Of a stretch of DNA of 64,000 bases, positions 26,001 through 39,442 are shown piece after piece. The position numbers and the translations under genes are program-made. Each line of letters begins with the position of its first letter. Positions within the stretch are counted from its first letter, which is position 1. The notes under the pieces were generated by a model. It had not been told where the DNA came from. It ran no database searches and saw only the letters and a list, made by a program, of their open reading frames with translations. Source of the DNA: Lingula anatina (lineage: Eukaryota > Animalia > Brachiopoda); assembly GCA_051362555.1 (NCBI GenBank), contig CM120640.1, forward strand, positions 53,794,788-53,858,787. Reading direction: 5' to 3'.

Positions 26001-29000
26001 ACTACATCTTTGTAAATGAGTAATACGTCGTTTTATATTATTTTCTGGTGCAGAATACATTATTTGTTTCTTAAAATTTGTGCCTCAAATCCAAGATGGC
26101 CCTCATACACTATTTTCAAATTGAACATTATTCACCATTTTGAAACTATCACACCTTCATAAGCGTGCCATACGTCATTTTTGATTATTTCCTGGAGCAG
26201 AATGCATTTTCGGTTTCATAAAATGTAAATAGAAACTTTTATAAGCCTCCAAATAAATATAGGATTCAGTTGCTACATGGACCTGCAGTTTATATGTACA
26301 TTGTACAATGAGTAATCCAATTAGTACAAAAATGCTTTTGCCGATCTATAAAACAAGTGTCAGCAAACAGAATGGCTGAATTAAAGCAAAAGAATACATC
26401 TTTGACCGCATGAGGAAAATTGTTAGCCATTATTTTGATCAAAACCAAGTGATGGTTGCTTGCCGCTATTTTAATAATTTGGTGTTATTTATAATCTTTG
26501 AACTGTGGGACCCTCATTCGCTTGTATTAGGTAAAATGGCACTATTCTTGGGGCTCAAAAGTAATTTTCCAGTGCTAATTTGGTGACAGAAGATAATAAA
26601 AAGGTAATATAAGGTTGTAAAATAAATTCCAAGATGAGTTTTGTTGAGTCTGTTACAAAAATGTGGAACCCAAACCACATGCTCAAATATATCATCTAGA
26701 TTTATCTTAAGTGACCATCCACTAAAAGATACTGAATACTCAAAGGAAAGCAATAAATATATATACATAGTGGTATTATATTATTAATCTTTTACTGGTC
26801 AATGTGAACCAAAAAGCCACATGCACATTTATGTCCCAGTCACTGGGGCTTGCATTCGCACGTTAAATATAGCCCAGAAGATTTGAAGGGTGAAAAATGT
26901 GTCGTCTTATAATACTATGGAACTTGGTTGTGTTGATGCGTAAATGTCCGTGAAAGACAAGTAAATGGACTTTGCTTTGAAATAGCTCTAGATCTTGTCT
27001 GCAAAATCATCCAGCAGCACAGCAAAAATAAACATGCATGATCAGCTCTGGTAGGCCAATAAGACAACAGCTAGTAAGAATTGAGGTTTTGTCAGTGTCC
27101 TATGAGAAACAGCCAAACAATATATTAGAATCCAGTTTCCAGAGAAACATTAATGCATGAGAACATGTCGCATCAGAGGAAAGTGGTATCTTTACACAAA
27201 AGAACGAATCTGCAAAACCAACTAGAAAGCAGCAGCTGCGCAGGAAGGTAAGAGGGATAAAGCAAAGAAGTCGAGGAAGCAGCCTCTTTTCCTAGTTGAC
27301 AGTGCCAGTGATCATTCCTAGCATGATTTGGCCAGACAAGTCATCTCACTACCAATAGAAATCCATAAGGCGACTACATAGTTCTCATTGTTTCCAATGG
27401 ACAAACAAGCACAAAACATCTACAGTATATGACAACTACAGGAATATTCATCTTGGAATCGTCTTAAAAGACCTTATGCCTTTTTTATTATCCTCTGTCA
27501 CCAGAGTTACACCAGAAATTAATTATGTACTTCCAAAATAGTAATAATTGATGTATTACGATCATATGTAAGTCCAACAGCTCAAAAAAGGTAAATTATG
27601 CCATAATCTTAAAATAGAGACAGGCTCTTGGATATGAACAACAGAATAGCTAAAAGTAGTCACCATAAAGTTGAATCCACTGTGCTGGTCTCTTGCACTT
27701 AATCTATGTCTGGCAAAACCATTTTAAAATTGTTATATAACATATTTTTGCACAAATTTGACTTCAAGACGTATACAAGCGAAGGTGAAGACGTAAGCCT
27801 GTATTGGTGTTGGAGCCTTTTAATATTTTCTTTTTGTATTATATCTCAGAAGAGATAAGACACATGACTTCTACAACCCAAATGATAAGAAACGATGTAT
27901 AACATGCTAGTGTAAGAGCAATAGCTTCAAATTGATGAGTTATGCCTTATCCGTATTTCAAAATTGTGACTGGCGGCCATTTTGGATTTGAGGATCAAAA
28001 TGGCTTCCAATTGTCTCCAAAGCACCAAGTATGTGTTCTTTACCTTTAATTAAGCCATTTTGGTCTCTTACACTTGTTTCAAGCTCTTTATGATTTTATA
28101 AAACATTTTGTACTAACTAGACTACATGGCACATGTAAGTCTATTTGACGACTTAAGCCTACATGCATATTCGTTTTGGAGAATAAAATAGTTTGTACTC
28201 ACATTTTATGAAACAGATAATGTATTCTGCACCAGAAAATAATATAAAACGACGTATTACTCATTTACAAAGATGTAATACATATAGTTTCAAAATAGCG
28301 AATTATGCTCAAGATCAAAATGGTTTTTGGCGGCCATCTTGGATTTGAGGGATAAAACGGCCACCAATAGCCTCCATAATGATAAAAAATTGTTTTTTTT
28401 TGCTCATTATATAGTCCAGTAGCGATGGTATATAACAAAAAATCGCATTGAGATGTATTTGAATACGGGTTATCAATATCCATGGTTTTGCAGCGTTCAC
28501 ACATATCTTGGTAGGCACTTAAAACACCCTCTTTGTCCCTTCAAGTCACCTACTATCACCAAAACAATATCAAAAAGACTTTTTCACCCCCAAAATAGTA
28601 GGAATCGATATATATATCAAGTATATATAGACCAAACGCTTCAAAATTCAACATAAAATAGCAAAATTATGTCCACTTTCAAAATGGCGGGTGGCGGCCA
28701 TCTTGGATTTGAGGCACATAATGGCCACCAATTGCTTCCAAATGATCAAAAATGGGTTCCTTGTCCCTAATTTAGTCAGGTTTGATAATCTATACATGTT
28801 TCTAGGCCAAAAATTAATGGAAATATGAAATATTATATATTTTGGCACATAATTTGCATAATTTATGCTAATTAATGTATCGATAGAGGGCGTCTCTTTG
28901 GATAAAAAATTTTCTTTTGGCCCAAGGAACATTTATGCCAAGTTAGACATTTGTACTACAAAATGCAGCGTTTGGCCATTTTTTGGTTCTTAACAAGCCT

Positions 29001-32000
29001 ACTATTAAGCAGAATAGAGTTAAAGTGATAAAGTGGCAAAAACTGATTTTTCCTAGGGTAAACTATGATTTTCCTATATTGAAGAATGGTTAGTGAATCC
29101 ATTCCTACATTCAAAGTTAGTTCAAGTTTTTCCCTAAATTTTTTTTTTTTTTTTTTTTTTTGTAATAATCTCTTAAAAGTTTATTAAAGGGGTATAGCCA
29201 TCTATGAAGTTCCACGTGGTCTTATGGCAAACACAAATTCCAGAATAACTGCAATAACCACTGTTCTGGTGGTGAAATGAATTTATGATATTTCAATGAG
29301 TTGTTTACTATGTATTTATCATGAAATATGACTTTCATACAAAGAATTGTAATCCATGATGGTTATACGAGTACATTGGAAACAAGGTGAGTCGTAATAA
29401 TTAGGCCGCATTCACATCGAGTTGAGCCATGGCTCTACATGGCGTCGTCCCTGCGGGGGTAGAGTCATTAAATCTCGGCTCCATTGGGATGACACATGCG
29501 GAGGTGTGTGAGAGGTGGACAGACTATTAAAAGATTAGGCGGTTTTCCTTTCAAGTACGTCCGCCATATTTAGGTCGTGGCTTTGTAGAGCCATGGCTCA
29601 ACTCGATGTGAATGCGGCCTTAGTCTGTTAACCTGATTGCATTCAGTGAGAGTCCCATGAAATTAGTGTGTACTAGCTTGTGTGCTCATTCTCAAAGATG
29701 GGATGTCTTATGAAATTGGCTTATACAAAATCTTACTTTTTGAGTGGTATATTTGGGAAAGAAATAATGTAATGTTCAGTGAATTATAATTCTTACAGAC
29801 AAATTCATCTAATAGAGCAGTGTCATCAATTGCAGTGTCCCCTTCTCTAAGCCCATTCAAAGTATTTCCCTCAATGGATAACTGCAAGATACAAAACAAG
29901 TTTTTCAGTCAAATGTTCTGTTAAATCTTGGGTTGACTTATCATTAAGACACATCAGAATTTAAAAATTGACAGCAACGTAAGGTTTTGACAAAAATATG
30001 CTGGAAATGAAAATCCAACATCAAATAAATTGAATCTATGAATGATTTTGAAAGGGAGTATTTAAACAGAGAGTTTTCCTTGATAGCTCACCCTGTATGA
30101 ACCCTCAGGTAGACCTTGTTTCATTTGTATCCAACTATCCCCTGTATTATTTGTGTAGTGCCATAACGCTCGTCTGGTGTCGTTCAAATACTGAATGTAT
30201 AATGTCACATTTCCTTTACCATTCTTGTGTATCCAAACTGAAAAGGTTTTATTCCCTGTCACTGTCATTGGTTGCGATAGAAGCCTAGCAACATCCTGTG
30301 GATATAACCCATCCCTGCTATCAATGTACATATAATATCCATCTGAAGAAAATAAAAAGATTTCTGTTAGAGATTATCTTTGAGTTTTAAGTGAGAGAAA
30401 ACTGAAGACCTGAGAATACAGTAATTATGAAACCAATTTATATCTATTGAGTGACCAAGCAACGCTGATTTTAGTGGTTATTATCATTTTAATGCAGATA
30501 ACTTTCAACATTTTGATATCTTTGCCATCCATCTAGTGCCAATATCAAAACCAAAAAAGATATTGAGCACTGGAATCAATGTAGGATAATTTTGATAAAA
30601 AATTGCACATATCCTAATCTCTGGAGCCACAGTATAACATGTAATTTAGTAAGTAAATGGAAAATCGACTTGAATAAATGACAAAAAGCAAGATATCATT
30701 GTTATCAGATGTATACTTGTTACTATAATTTTCAGAGCAACTTCCTTTAAAAAAGTGGTGCAGGCTCTTTTTACACCAGGATTAATTTAAATCACAAATG
30801 ATCCCACTTTCATCAGAGAAATAAATGGCTAAGCATAATATAATAATAACAATATATTTGTTAAAAGTCTTAAATCCGTTTTAAAGTGTTTAGTGTACTT
30901 TACACAAATACAAGTACACAAAAATACACTTATCAAGATACATTTTAAAAATCAAAAATTATTTTCAAAGATTGTGATTTAAAAAAAAATAGCAATATTC
31001 TCAAATAAAATCAATCAATAAAATTTCCTAGAAAGATGTGTTTGTACATGTGATGTACAATAATGGAAGGAGTCCTTATCATTGGCTGACCCCCTCCAAT
31101 CTCCACTCCAGCTTGCTTTCCTGAATTAAATTTGTTACTACAAGTAAACATGACACATAGAGCAATTCAGATAAACAACCTAAGTGACACCTACACCTTA
31201 CTACCAAGCAAAATCCTGGGTCTGCAATTCTCGTCTAATGTTTTTGTCTGGTTGTGACATAAGACAATTTTAGGGTATCAGTCTCATAGTGAACACTGCC
31301 TGAAGTAAAGCAGAATAGCCCCCCCCCCCCCCCCCCCGCCCTTTTTTTCTGCGCGTCCAGGTTATGTATGCAGTGTACAACATAATTCCACACCACCAAT
31401 GAACTTATACTAAGACAGCATAAGTTACATTTGAAATATGTAAACCAGCAATTTTCAGAAACATTTTTTATGTCTGCATGCTATCTTGAAAAAAATTGCA
31501 GCATCTTGGACCGAATAAAACATTTTACTTGTCCAAGATGCAACGTATTATTTATGAAACTTGTACTTGTGTAATTAGTCATTTTTACATATGCACAGAT
31601 GACACTAATGTTCAGATTTATATTTTCTTAATAAGAACCTACATTTAGTTTTCTTGGTATGATCAGTAGGTGGGCCTGAGATCATGGTAGGTGTGTCTCC
31701 CTTGTTTCTGCTCCAATCAAAATTGTCAGAAGTATCCTGGATCCAATTGCAAGTGCCACTTTCAAAATCACAATTAATTGGGTTTTGCACTGAAAATAAA
31801 GTAACAAGATTATAGATCTTTACAGCTTGTTTGAAATATGTAAATAACACCTAACCCTGCAATTGAGAAAACCACCACTTAAACAACTGATATATACATG
31901 TAGTGGTGGCTGGACTTCAATAAGAAATCTAGAAAACCTGATAAGAGGGAAAATTAAATACCACTTCATTTTCAAGTGAAGTCACGATTCTGCACTTCAT

Positions 32001-33386
32001 TTTTGCCAATTTGTTACCTAAACTGTTAAAGTTTTTTTGTGCATAAATAACATAAAGCAGTGTTAAATAATCCTACAGTGTTTATCACCATCAAAGATGC
32101 CTTGCCAACTTATAATTATACTGAGTTCCCATCCTTAGATCAATCTAACAGGATCGATCCATCTCCAAGGAGTTTTCTTGCTAAATTGCTTTCAGCTCAA
32201 GTGGCTTAGATGTCTGGCACGCCTACTGAAGCTGCTAAATGATAATAAATTACTCCCTAGCCGCTTCAATAGGAATGTCAGACATCTACTGGTAACCCGC
32301 TTAAGTTGATTGCAATGTAGCAATAATTGCTTAAGTTGATTGCAATCTAGAGATAGATTGATGCACAGTTAGTATGATAGGGTATGGGAATGGTCCCTTA
32401 AACACAAAATCCAAGTCATTACCACTTTCATAGTAGTCTTCTGTGGCCCAGAGATAGACATGATGACAATTTGAACCATTGTTTACAAAGAAGCTTAGTG
32501 TTATCTCATCAAAGACAAACACATATTTGTACTCCACAATTCATAACAGCAATCCCCATTTATCTGATATTAACATCAAAATCAAAACAAAAAATAGAAC
32601 AACTTTCTCCCACTAAAGTTGTATTTTTGCAGCATATTGCATTCCACTTGTTCAGTTTAAGTGTAAGTAAACAATGCCATATCAAATGTCAGACAGCAGA
32701 TACAACTCCCCACATCTAATCTTACATTAGTGTTACCTGCAAGGGGTGTCACACTGTATCTGTGCTAAAGGCATTAGGAACTTTCCATATAATTGTCAAA
32801 CCTAGCAGTAAAACATCATGTCACATCTTTACTATGTAAACTCCACTCCCATCCCCTGGCAAAGTTCACTATCTACCCCTCCCCCCCCCTCCCCCCCCCC
32901 CCAAAAAAAAAATACTTTGTCTGCTTTGTCTGCGAAAAGTTTTCCTTTGTAAGCTACAAGTCGTTAAATTATCTGTGAACTAACTACTCTTAGAAACATT
33001 TCTCCCATTTTATAATGGGTTAATAACAAACAGTTAGTTGAAGTGAGTATTTATGATTTTGATGAAAAAAAATTACAGGTAGCAAAAATTTCCTGGGGTC
33101 TTTAAGAATCATCTACTGGGGATAGCACCTGCAGACCAATCTCACTTCATGTCAAAATGTATTTTTCAGCAGGAGTATGGAGTTCAGGGTTTTGAAAAAT
33201 TCAACAAACAGTCTATGTAGAAGATTTATAGCCACAAAATATTCATGTACTGTCCCTTTAATTATTTTTGATATCATGTTAAAGATAATAGTACTAACCT
33301 TGACATGCCCCACTGCTAAACCATAACATGAACACAGCTAGTAGCATGAAGCTCTGCCTCCACCGTATACTACACCAACACTCCAT
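8096..33386 (-). CDS. Large type-I membrane protein: signal peptide, 6 MAM, 5x(MAM-EGF), S/T-rich stalk, TM helix, tail with FENPYF; about 40 exons
   Basis: Signal exon 33299-33386 (MECWCSIRWRQSFMLLAVFMLWFSSGACQ). Eleven three-exon MAM units (C-x-F-D/E..C..W..DHT / Y..A.L.SP..F.Y / F.G..DD) start near 31790, 24833, 23192, 21406, 20238, 18992, 17522, 15566, 13806, 11976 and 10350. EGF exons lie near 16030-16146, 13980-14097, 12250-12363, 10615-10728 and 8908-9027. Terminal exon 8096-8697 encodes TM VGAIVGATLGVAGGLFLAAIGGVLYI followed by KKNNK. Internal exon boundaries are approximate. Confidence 0.88.
8565..8672 (-). repeat. 54 bp coding tandem duplication in the mucin-like stalk
   Basis: VMTTKTSTISSSTPSQST / VMTTKTSTISSSTTSQST, near-identical at the DNA level. 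Confidence 0.85.
18588..18611 (+). repeat. Interstitial (TTAGGG)4
   Basis: GGG-TTAGGG-TTAGGG-TTAGGG-TTAGGG in an intron of the MAM gene. Confidence 0.85.
25285..29004. mobile_element. Non-autonomous long-TIR DNA transposon, Academ-like
   Basis: Termini TAGTAGGCTTGTTAAGA ... TCTTAACAAGCCTACTA with 3 bp TSD TTA (25282-25284 and 29005-29007). Inverted arms of ~790 bp (25285-~26080 vs ~28200-29004) carry a repeated CCTCAAATCCAAGATGGCCGCC motif. No intact internal ORF. Confidence 0.85.
29404..29619. mobile_element. 216 bp PIF/Harbinger (Tourist-like) MITE
   Basis: Perfect 36 bp TIR GGCCGCATTCACATCGAGTTGAGCCATGGCTCTACA; TTA TSD at 29401-29403 and 29620-29622; GC/CpG-rich relative to its flanks. 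Confidence 0.88.
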
Positions 33387-33713
33387 TGTAGAAGACAGAA
33401 CACATATATATCTGCAGAAAGCACGGTCTGAACAGATAAATTACTTCACCTGTTATCCAACAAATTGTGACTCCTTTTCAACATGTATCAGTAATTTAAA
33501 CTGTGACTGAAGAAACTCCTTACTGATCCCGTGCCATCTCTTCTGTAAAGTCAACATAGTTGATACAGTGTCATCCTATATTTGCTCATCACAGCATGAT
33601 AACACACCTCTCCAACATACACTTTGAGCTTCTACACTGGGGTTACTAATTAACTTACTATATCACATATTAGGTGGTTAATATGAGATATCGTCATAGG
33701 TCATTTTCAATAA

Positions 33714-33716
<3 letters not shown>

Positions 33717-33762
<46 letters not shown>
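33717..33762. repeat. (GT)n microsatellite just upstream of the MAM gene start
   Basis: Direct reading of the sequence. Confidence 0.95.
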
Positions 33763-33767
<5 letters not shown>

Positions 33768-35489
33768 GATAAATAGATATAGATATTAAAAAATTTATAC
33801 TGGCCTAACATGCAATTACCCTACAGTAGTTGGGGGGGGGGGGGGGGGGGTACTCTCTTTCAGAAGTTTGCTTCCAACTGTTTTGCCAGATTTCTACAAG
33901 GTAATGTACCATTCAAAATAAATCCAGCTAGCTGGCTGTGTTTAACAATGTTCTACTTAGGCGACTCTCTTAGGTAATAGTCTGGCTATCAAGTTATCAA
34001 TATCTCTAAGTATTTCAATACTGTAAAATCCACTCTCGATGAAAAAGGCCATAGTCCCTTTGCAGCCTGCTGTCCTTTAATCTTTTCCAACATTCTGTAA
34101 AGTTAAGGTTACAATTGCCTTTTGTTTCGAAAAATCATTAATTTTTACTCTAGATATTTTTTGCTAAAGTGCCTGCCTAGCAATTAATTGTTTTCCTTTC
34201 AAAAAGACATTATATTCCAGTGTTCTTTTCATGCACTACTAAGCAGAATATTTCATCGTCTTTATAATAAAACAATATAAACTTGCTGCACACTGAATAA
34301 AAGTTGCAGAAAATGACAAATAAGTTTTAAAATTACATAAATAGCATTTTTATTTCACATAAAAAAGAAAAGAATTCATAAATTGAAGTTTGAAGTTAAA
34401 AAATACTATTTAACTTCAAGGAACACTATCACAGAAACATAGCCAGTGGAATGGACGGATATTACACTATGCTTGGCCAATAACTAATTTTAAATAAATT
34501 CTATTTCACATATAAAAATAAAAACCAATTTAAAGTGTTTCTGATAAAGGCCTTCCTCAATTTTATTTTGAGAATTGCCTACCTCTTTCTCTCTTTGACT
34601 GACTACATTGCCTCTTTAACAATATTGCACCAAACATATTTTTGCCAGCATTTTTGTGTTCCACATTCCTTCCTAATGGCAATGCATCATCACATTTATT
34701 ATTTGACTGAAATAGGCTAAGCTATTAATGTTTTTGTTTGATGTGTTATGGGGATTGCATCATGATGTTGTGCACTGAAAGCAAGTCATCATTTGTCAAT
34801 CATCATACAGTCACACATCAAAGAAACAATGCAGTCAATAAATCAAAGAGGAAATAAGGAAATCTGGAAATAATACCGAGAAAAGCCAATGGCGGAAACC
34901 TTCAAAATTAGCATTTATTTTGATATAATATATCATATAATTATATTTTATATATATCAATTTGGAAAAATAATTTGATGAATATCTATACATCCACAGT
35001 AAATATTAAAGTGGGAAAAGATTAAATGACCATATTGATTCCCATGAATATATCAAGCAAAGTAAATTCAAGAAAAAAAATTCCATACCATGCCTTATCA
35101 TAATAATTATCATACATTCACAAATAAAAATACCTGCTGTCAGATAAAATAAATAGCTTCATCAAAAAAGCTATAATATGTGATAATTATAAAAAAGCCA
35201 TTATGATGTCTGTATAACTGTTAACTATTTTAACTTACACATCAACTCCATAGGGTTTACAATATTGTCACAATATTCAGACATTTTAAATGCAAGGTCT
35301 CAGTTCTTTCAATATTTGATTCCAATGAGAAAACATGATGCTTTTTATTCTACTCGTTCACCAAAAACTGAGTAATTTAGAAGACACATCACAACCCCCA
35401 GCAATAGTTCTCATCCTTTATCAAGAGCAATCCTCTTTTTCAAATATCCATATATTTTTTTCAATAAAAACAGTGATTCTTATGAGTTT

Positions 35490-38400
35490 TTAATCATATA
35501 CTGGCCTAAATCCACTTCTGTTCTGACCAAAAGGAACAGGGGTGTTGTTATCAGCTGGTGGGTTAGATGTAATGGCAGGTCTCCCCTGTCCTGTAGTTAG
35601 TGCCTGGTACAGGGATTCATCATACTCATCCCCAGTCAGGGCAGCATTCCTCAAATTAGGCATCTCTGCAAATGGCAGATAGTCTTCACCTAGGAAAAAG
35701 TTGTAAATGAAAGTTTACAAAGAGTGTGCTTTTGAGACAGATGTTTTGACATATATTCATCATCTACCTGTCTTTTTGGAGGTGATTTTGTGGCAAGTTG
35801 TGGCATGAATATTTTGTCATTTATTTTCATTGCTTTGAAGAAGTAAAGATAAAAGGCAAAATATTTCAATATTTTTATTTTTCTTAATACTCAAGCATTT
35901 GGCAAGAATCTAGCCTCTTTTAGCACAAGTATTAATTTGACAAGTGTAGACTAAAAATGAAGGAAAAAAACTTGTTTAAAGGTGTGAAGTAATATAAAAG
36001 GCAAAGATAAAACTACAAACATCTTGTGGATAACACCAGTATAGGAGAGGCACCTTAAATCGTTCTAAATTTTGGTGTGTGCCTCTCTTATATATAACCT
36101 TGATATAAAGCTTCTCCTTATAAGATTAATTAATCAAAATTGAACCCTGTTTTCTTACCATAGGGCAGCCCATTCATCTTTCTCATGTCCTCTGTCTCAA
36201 AGAATGTTTCATGGTCCTCCCAGTGACGATCACATGCAGCACACAAAAAATTAGAATTGAAATGAAAACATGAACAACCTGAAAAGAAACACCAAAATGA
36301 AAATAATATTCAAATATAAATTCAAATTTTGTAAATTGCCACCTCTAAACCATCCAGGCAATAATTAAATAAGCAATACACTGTGGAACATTCATTAAAA
36401 TTTTCTTGATTTACTTACATTTAAATATATATAGAGACTGGGCTAATGGACTGAAATTCTAACCAGAAAATAACATACTCAGGCTGTAGAAAATTTAAAC
36501 CATTTGATCTTATGTTGGAAGGAAAATAGGTTATTTGTCTCCAGAAACTGTACCTTTGGCCTTGCACTGCCGCCCTCCAGTAGCTGCATGTGCCTCATGT
36601 GTATGTGTACATCTACACTTTGCCCTCCACTTGGTGACATCAAAGTCACGTCTTCTCTGGAACCAAAACTCTCCAATATCTTCAGGACGGGAGGGTATCC
36701 ATGCAAAAGCTTTACAAGGACAACCTCCAAACTTGCATGGCACTTGAATACTGCGTCCTACAATGAAATAACGTAAAATTTAATGAATGACTGTTAATAA
36801 TAGTATTTTTAGGTAAATGGTTTCGGTAATTTTCTCTTACTGTATCATGTTTTGTGCTACCATCTTTTGAATATGAAACATTTCCAAAATTGTCAATAAT
36901 TCACATTTGTCAATAGTGTTTCTTTATAAAAAAAAGTGTATTCTTGAGCATAAATATCAGACAAGGCTTGGTTAGTGTAAACTTAACTTCTATGTATAAT
37001 TGTAAAGGTGCACTAAGACACACCTGTATATTTGTCATGTTCACCAAGCAGGTGTCCACAAAAGCATTTGGACATGTCACCGACCCTTTGACAATCATGC
37101 TTGAATTCTGGACAGCGCCAACCAATGTATATGCCTATAATTCAAAATCAAGGTTAGTAAAACATACTAATCTTGCAATTTGTAACATGAATTTCTTATA
37201 TCATACATATTATCAAAATGGTCTCACAAGTTTACTCACCCTCAATGTACAACTAGACTGGCTGTGGTGCAGCAAACAGTGTTAACATAATATTCATACA
37301 AAAATACACTGTGTTAGTTGCTTTTGTTTAGAACAATATTTTTACAAAATTGCATTTCCTAAAATTCATAGATCTAATGTTTTTCAGAGTTCATTTATAA
37401 AAAAAATTACACTTGGCATCAAAAGTAACCAAATAAAATATTGAATGTGCATAAACTAGCATATAAATAAGTAAATCTGCTCTAGAACTAGCCCAGTTCA
37501 GGTCACTTTTAACCTGCCTGTTCTTTGAGCTATAATAGCTGCATGAGTTTCTGGCTCGAACAGTTTCTGTACCCTGGGTGCAAAGTCATCATTCATGGCA
37601 CGAGCAAAAGACACAACATCATAGTTCTTTGCTGGCACTACTGGTCTCATTGTATAGCCTGAAATTAATCATAATGATTGTACATTCAACCCTTTTCTAC
37701 ATGTAACATACATCATCAACATGTAATACATAGATTTGGATATCATGTGATTCTAACTAGTATACCAAGTTCTCTTTAAATTATATTAAATAACCATATA
37801 CACTTTATAATGTGCCTCACATTAAAAAAAAAGTCTTTTTAAAATAACAGTTGTCTTCAATGCAATGAAACAGCAAATAATATTTTCTTCATGTGTTTTT
37901 GCTCAATAACATACAGCCACTGTCACTTTGACCATTTTGATTTATCCAAGCAGTAGCAATATATCATCAAATAAAAAAATTCCACAATAGGAAACTGAAC
38001 TTTGATGATATATATATATATATATATGAAAGCAATAGTTGATATTCATCCTTCACTCATTACCCTTTGGGGCCAAAATGGTTTCTTTTTTTACTATCAC
38101 TGGACCAGCCTTCCCAGCAGATTTAGTCATTACAACAGCTCTGTTCCCTGATCTTGGCACAACCCTGTTTTCACTGGAGGCCTGGAAGAAATATATTACC
38201 AAATGTTTAATGATAGAAAATTTCAATCACTCCTTCCTCTAACATGTTTGTTATAGCCAAAGAGGCTTCTAACACTTAACATTTTTGCAGCTTAAACAAA
38301 GCACATTTACTAAAAAGTATCATATTTCCCTTAATAGCTATCATACTTTAATGGGCAATACAGTGCCATATAGGGTAGGGTTTCATGGTATTTTAAATAT

Positions 38401-38557
38401 TATAACATAATAAACAATAGAAGCATTGTGGAAACTACAATGCTAACAATCCTGTTTTTACTTTGAGACAATAACTTACATCATGCGTCACCTTGCTAGG
38501 AGGCTTCTTTTTGGCAACTGCCCCTTTGCTGGGTGAATTGGAGGTGGGTCTGCTCAT
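35490..38557 (-). CDS. FAM221B: Protein FAM221B-like; coding exons ~38480-38557, 38064-38182, 37517-37659, 36988-37136, 36553-36757, 36159-36278, 35490-35689; UTR exon ending at 39109
   Basis: CKAFAWIPSRPEDIGEFWFQRRRDFDVTKWRAKCRCTHTHEAHAATGGRQCKAKG, then C..F..NFLCAACDRHWEDHETFFETEDMRKMNGLP and EDYLPFAEMPNLR, matching my recollection of the FAM221B Cys/His-rich core. Splice sites are canonical. Confidence 0.85.
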
Positions 38558-39108
38558 ATCTACCCGCAACCTGGAAGTAATAATAAGATCTGATTATATT
38601 ATTACAAGTTTTTCAATACATTGAATACCAGAATATCAGGTTAAAAATAAGCCATTCCAGTTAAGTTTGAATTAATGGATTTTTTTGGACTACAAGTATG
38701 TGACATGTCACATCACATGCCTCAATGGTTGGTAACTCTGGCTAAAATGAACACTAGAGTAAAATTGTAAGCAGGAATTGGAATTCATTGACTTGCAAGG
38801 GTTTTGTAAGGATTTTAAAATAAGGAGTCCAAATCCATTATCAGACTGAGACACCTAACAGTTGCCTAGCCTACGGCCTGTTGGCAAGATATTGCATACA
38901 CTATAATTATCTTTTCTCTTTCTTATCGGATACACCACTGTATACATAAACGTATAGCGGAATAAAAAGAGGGGCCGCGGGTGCTTGACTACAACGCAGT
39001 AGCAGTAGATCCTCTAGTTCTGGCAAGGCCCCCTCCTTAATAATCAGTTATGCCACAAAGTAATCACTTTATCGCAAAAAAGTGCACTCATTTGTCTGCC
39101 CTACTCAC

Positions 39109-39442
39109 CACTGAATGGGGTCTTTTAAAAATAATAAACACACATCTAACAAAAGTGTAGCATCAAACGTTGTTAACAAAATTTAAGCAACGCGGTCTCG
39201 AATGTTTCCTCCATGATGTCAACATCCTCGTTTTCGAATGTTAATCTCTAAACCTAAATTCTTTATGCAATGATCGTTAATTCTATCATTACATTTATGT
39301 TTGAAATCAATTAGAAAATAAATACCACTGATTAGCGATGAATCCTACTGGATGAATAGTTACTTTAGTGAAATGAAATACCTAGATTTGCATAAATATT
39401 CGAGGCTATCAATGGACACGAGACTAATCGCAAGTCTCGAAC
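39109..39442. promoter_or_regulatory. Putative bidirectional promoter between FAM221B (-) and eIF3J (+)
   Basis: FAM221B UTR-exon donor at 39108 and eIF3J ATG at 39443 are ~330 bp apart; CpG-retaining island around 38870-39950. Confidence 0.55.

Noticed and set aside
26850-27350. Possible transposase remnant inside the Academ-like element
   Set aside because: Looks vaguely coding but has many stops; I could not recover a diagnostic motif by eye.
25431-28932. Mirror-image ORF pairs (25431-25990 + and 28265-28932 -) with near-identical peptides
   Set aside because: They are by-products of the transposon's inverted arms; no recognisable domain, and frames differ between arms.
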